A stretch of DNA of 27,087 nt from a virus (lineage: Duplodnaviria > Caudoviricetes), in the IMG/VR virus record IMGVR_UViG_3300037420_000640, positions 1 through 27,087 of that record. One strand, 5' to 3'. The notes under the pieces are model-generated. The model saw only the letters and a program-made list of their open reading frames with translations. It did no database searches and was not told the origin of the DNA. This document shows, piece after piece, positions 24,784 through 27,087 of the stretch; positions within the stretch are counted from its first letter, which is position 1, and every line of letters begins with the position of its first letter. The position numbers and the translations under genes were made by a program.

Positions 24784-24917
24784 TGCCCGCTGGCGATCCC
24801 GATAGAACCCCGGAGCGCGCTCTGTTCCAAGTGGTCGGCTGCCTCTTCGCGGCAATTGTCGGCGGCATTGCGCTTGTCATTCTACTGGTCGGCCTAGCAG
24901 TGGGGGCATTACTGTGA
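24780..24917 (+). CDS. Single-TM peptide (45 aa)
   Basis: MMPAGDPDRTPERALFQVVGCLFAAIVGGIALVILLVGLAVGALL; ATGA/GTGA overlaps. Confidence 0.6.
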   Translation: MMPAGDPDRTPERALFQVVGCLFAAIVGGIALVILLVGLAVGALL

Positions 24918-25282
24918 CCTGGGCGCTCTCGCTCCTCGGCATCGGCAAGTCGGTTCTAATGGCTGTGCTAACGTGGCTGTCCAAGCGCTCACCCGCTGGG
25001 CTCGGCTGCATCGTGCTCGGCATTGTCTGTGCGGTGCTGATCGTAGTGAACAGGGCAGAGAAGCGGCATTCGGAGAAGCTACAGACGCAAGTGACGAATC
25101 TGTCTGTACAGCTTCAACGCATCTCCGACGCGCGTAACGCTCAGAAGCAAACCACAACGGAAAAGATCAAGGTGGTTACGCGCACCATCCGCGACGCGGA
25201 TGAGAGGGCGCGGGTGGTTGAGAAAGCGCCGCCTGCGAAAGATTGCAAGACGAAGGCCGAGATCATGGGAGCGGACCTGTGA
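24914..25282 (+). CDS. Inner-membrane spanin (Rz-like)
   Basis: N-terminal hydrophobic anchor, periplasmic coiled coil, C-terminal Cys; followed by an overlapping lipoprotein gene. Confidence 0.78.
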   Translation: MTWALSLLGIGKSVLMAVLTWLSKRSPAGLGCIVLGIVCAVLIVVNRAEKRHSEKLQTQVTNLSVQLQRISDARNAQKQTTTEKIKVVTRTIRDADERARVVEKAPPAKDCKTKAEIMGADL

Positions 25283-25548
25283 GGCGCGGCGTCCTGAGCA
25301 CTTTGCATTTTCTGCAAATTACTCTCGCGGCCGTCGCCTTCACCGGCTGCGCCACGACGCGCTACGTTCCGACATACTGCCTCGCGCACGATCAGCAGCT
25401 TCCCGCCGAACCGCCCAAAATCAAGAGCCAGCTAACCGGCGATGCCAGCAAAGACGTTGGCGTCCTCGCAGGGTCAGCAATTCGTCTGCGCGCATATGGG
25501 GAAGGCTTGCGAACCATCCTGGAGGGTTGCCGTGAGCCGGCCAAGTAA
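25279..25548 (+). CDS. Outer-membrane spanin lipoprotein (Rz1-like)
   Basis: MRRG...LAAVAFTG-C lipobox-like cleavage site, Pro-rich segment, two further Cys; GTGA overlap with the i-spanin. Confidence 0.78.
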   Translation: MRRGVLSTLHFLQITLAAVAFTGCATTRYVPTYCLAHDQQLPAEPPKIKSQLTGDASKDVGVLAGSAIRLRAYGEGLRTILEGCREPAK

Positions 25549-25693
25549 GCCCTGCAAACGCTGCGGCGGCTGGGGCCAATCTGACCCGTGGGGCCAAACA
25601 TACGAGGTTCGCCTGTGCCCTGAATGTCCCGGAGAAGGCCCACGATGGTCAAATGCCAAAACACGTGCGGGAGCCGTCGCGCTAACGCGATAG
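25532..25693 (+). CDS. Mini zinc-finger protein with DnaJ-type CxxCxGxG repeats (53 aa)
   Basis: CKRCGGWG ... CPECPGEG; GGAGG SD at 25521-25525 before GTG 25532. Confidence 0.65.
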   Translation: MSRPSKPCKRCGGWGQSDPWGQTYEVRLCPECPGEGPRWSNAKTRAGAVALTR

Positions 25694-25709
25694 GCGGGGA
25701 AAGCTATGA

Positions 25710-26813
25710 ATGCCGACACCACCTCTCAGTCAAGAGCTATGCGACGAGGCAATCCGCCTCATCGAAGAGTATGGATCACCGACCGCCGCCGCTGAAGCCT
25801 CTGGAATCAAACGCGGCACGCTAGAGCATCGCCAGCGCGTAGGCCTCGCCCGCCGTGCTGGAATGATCGTCACTGGCCGTTCCACCCTCACCGATCTCCG
25901 CACTGGTGAGCCGGTTATGGAATGGGTCAAGGAGTCACTCGACCGCCAGAAGGTCGCTGAAGCGCAACAGGCGGCTTATGCGGCGCTTGCTGCCGAACTT
26001 CCCCGACCTAATCCTGTTGCACCCCCAGAGCTATGCGACGAGCTGCTTTGCAACCTCTACACCTATAGCGACTTCCACTTGGGGATGTTGGCACAGGAGG
26101 AAGAGGGCGGCGCGGACTGGGATCTGAAGATTGCAGAGAGTACGCTGCAAGACAGCTTCGCCATGATGATTGCTCAGTCGCCGGCAGCGCATACGGCCAT
26201 CCTGAACATCCAGGGCGATATGCTCCACACGGACGGGCTGCTTCCCGTCACTCCTGCCCACCGCCACATCCTCGACGCCGATGGTCGCTTTAGCCGCATC
26301 GTCGCTGTCGCCATCCGATCGATCCGCCATCTGGTCAATCTGGCGTTGGAGAAGCACCAGCACGTCCATGTAGTTATTTGCGAAGGCAACCACGATGAGG
26401 CAAGCTCGGTATGGCTGCGCCTCATGTTCCAGGCGCTGTACGAGCTGGAGCCGCGGGTAAGCGTCAACGCCTCTGAATTGCCGTTCTACGTCTTTCAGTT
26501 CGGCGCCACGATGCTGGGGTTCCATCACGGCCACAAGGTCAAGAACGAACAGCTTCCTTTACTGTTCGCCGCGCAGTTTCCCGAGGTGTGGGGAAGCACG
26601 AAGCGGCGGGCCATACATTGCGGTCATCGCCACCATTGCGACGAGAAGGAATATAATGGCGTGACGGTCGTTCAGCACCCCACGATTGCCGCCAGAGACG
26701 CCTATGCCGCCCGTGGTGGTTGGATCGCTGATCGTGCCGTTCAAAGCATCACGTACCACAAGCAGTGGGGCCAGGTAGGGCGTGTGTGGATTACGCCGGA
26801 GATGCTGTCGTGA
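25710..26813 (+). CDS. Calcineurin-like metallophosphoesterase with N-terminal HTH
   Basis: SDFHLG, GDMLH, EGNHD, HHGH and GHRHH motifs; N-terminal YGSPTAAAEASGIKRGTL HTH-like segment. Confidence 0.88.
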   Translation: MPTPPLSQELCDEAIRLIEEYGSPTAAAEASGIKRGTLEHRQRVGLARRAGMIVTGRSTLTDLRTGEPVMEWVKESLDRQKVAEAQQAAYAALAAELPRPNPVAPPELCDELLCNLYTYSDFHLGMLAQEEEGGADWDLKIAESTLQDSFAMMIAQSPAAHTAILNIQGDMLHTDGLLPVTPAHRHILDADGRFSRIVAVAIRSIRHLVNLALEKHQHVHVVICEGNHDEASSVWLRLMFQALYELEPRVSVNASELPFYVFQFGATMLGFHHGHKVKNEQLPLLFAAQFPEVWGSTKRRAIHCGHRHHCDEKEYNGVTVVQHPTIAARDAYAARGGWIADRAVQSITYHKQWGQVGRVWITPEMLS

Positions 26814-26959
26814 CCATCCTCCACCTCGACGGCGACATAGAACTGATCTGGACACCGGAAACGCACACGATCAAGCTCAGTTATCGCGGAGTAACGCTAA
26901 GTCGGAAGCTCACCGAGCACGAACGGCGGAAGCTGTCGAAAGCGCTCTGGTATTCCTAA
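26810..26959 (+). CDS. Small hypothetical protein (49 aa)
   Basis: MTILHLDGDIELIWTPETHTIKLSYRGVTLSRKLTEHERRKLSKALWYS; GTGA overlap; GGAG upstream. Confidence 0.55.
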   Translation: MTILHLDGDIELIWTPETHTIKLSYRGVTLSRKLTEHERRKLSKALWYS

Positions 26960-27087
26960 CACGGACTTCCCGACGCATCAGATTGTGGCGGTGCCGTCGA
27001 CACCTTAGGGGGATGGTGCCTTCCTCTCGCATCGGTAAATACGCTCGAAGGCTACTGTGCTGCTGGCCAACGCGCCTAGTATGAGAA

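Larger units (their letters stand above)
1..27087 (+). mobile_element. Late region of a siphovirus-type phage/prophage with a GTA-like tail tip
   Basis: Complete colinear terS-to-lysis gene order; no integrase or host flank in the window, so free phage versus prophage cannot be decided. Confidence 0.95.

Noticed and set aside
27005-27087. Possible 3' end of a minus-strand gene (...LILGALASSTVAFERIYRCERKAPSP stop)
   Set aside because: Truncated by the window edge; too short to support.
1-27087. Gene transfer agent cluster
   Set aside because: The tail tip is GTA-like, but the ~1000-aa tape measure, homing endonuclease, morons and linked lysis cassette indicate a true phage.

Overview
The window is one continuous late (virion and lysis) region of a long-tailed HK97-fold phage or prophage. 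The host is very probably an alphaproteobacterium (inference: GTA-like DUF2460/DUF2163/NlpC-P60/megatron/DUF2793 tail tip, NepR-like gene). Gene order on +: terS, terL, HNH-AP2 endonuclease, portal, prohead protease, major capsid, neck genes, tail tube, frameshifting tail chaperone, tape measure with an internal M15-type peptidase, tail tip and fibres, then an expanded lysis cassette and a metallophosphoesterase. Main observations: (1) a 39-aa NepR-like anti-sigma mini-protein (21886-22005), translationally coupled to a holin-like gene, with a perfect EcfG/sigmaT-type promoter (GGAAC-N16-CGTT) about 145 bp downstream pointing back at it, suggesting a phage module wired into the host general stress response; (2) a 151-nt tRNA-like RNA with its own antisense promoter candidate between terS and terL; (3) a covarying structured leader repeated before three structural genes; (4) antisense morons (GT87-like glycosyltransferase, Rmf/CrpP-like peptide); (5) exported cargo (DUF1996 protein, trypsin-like protease) between endolysin and spanins. 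All family calls come from motif recognition by eye; no database searches were run.
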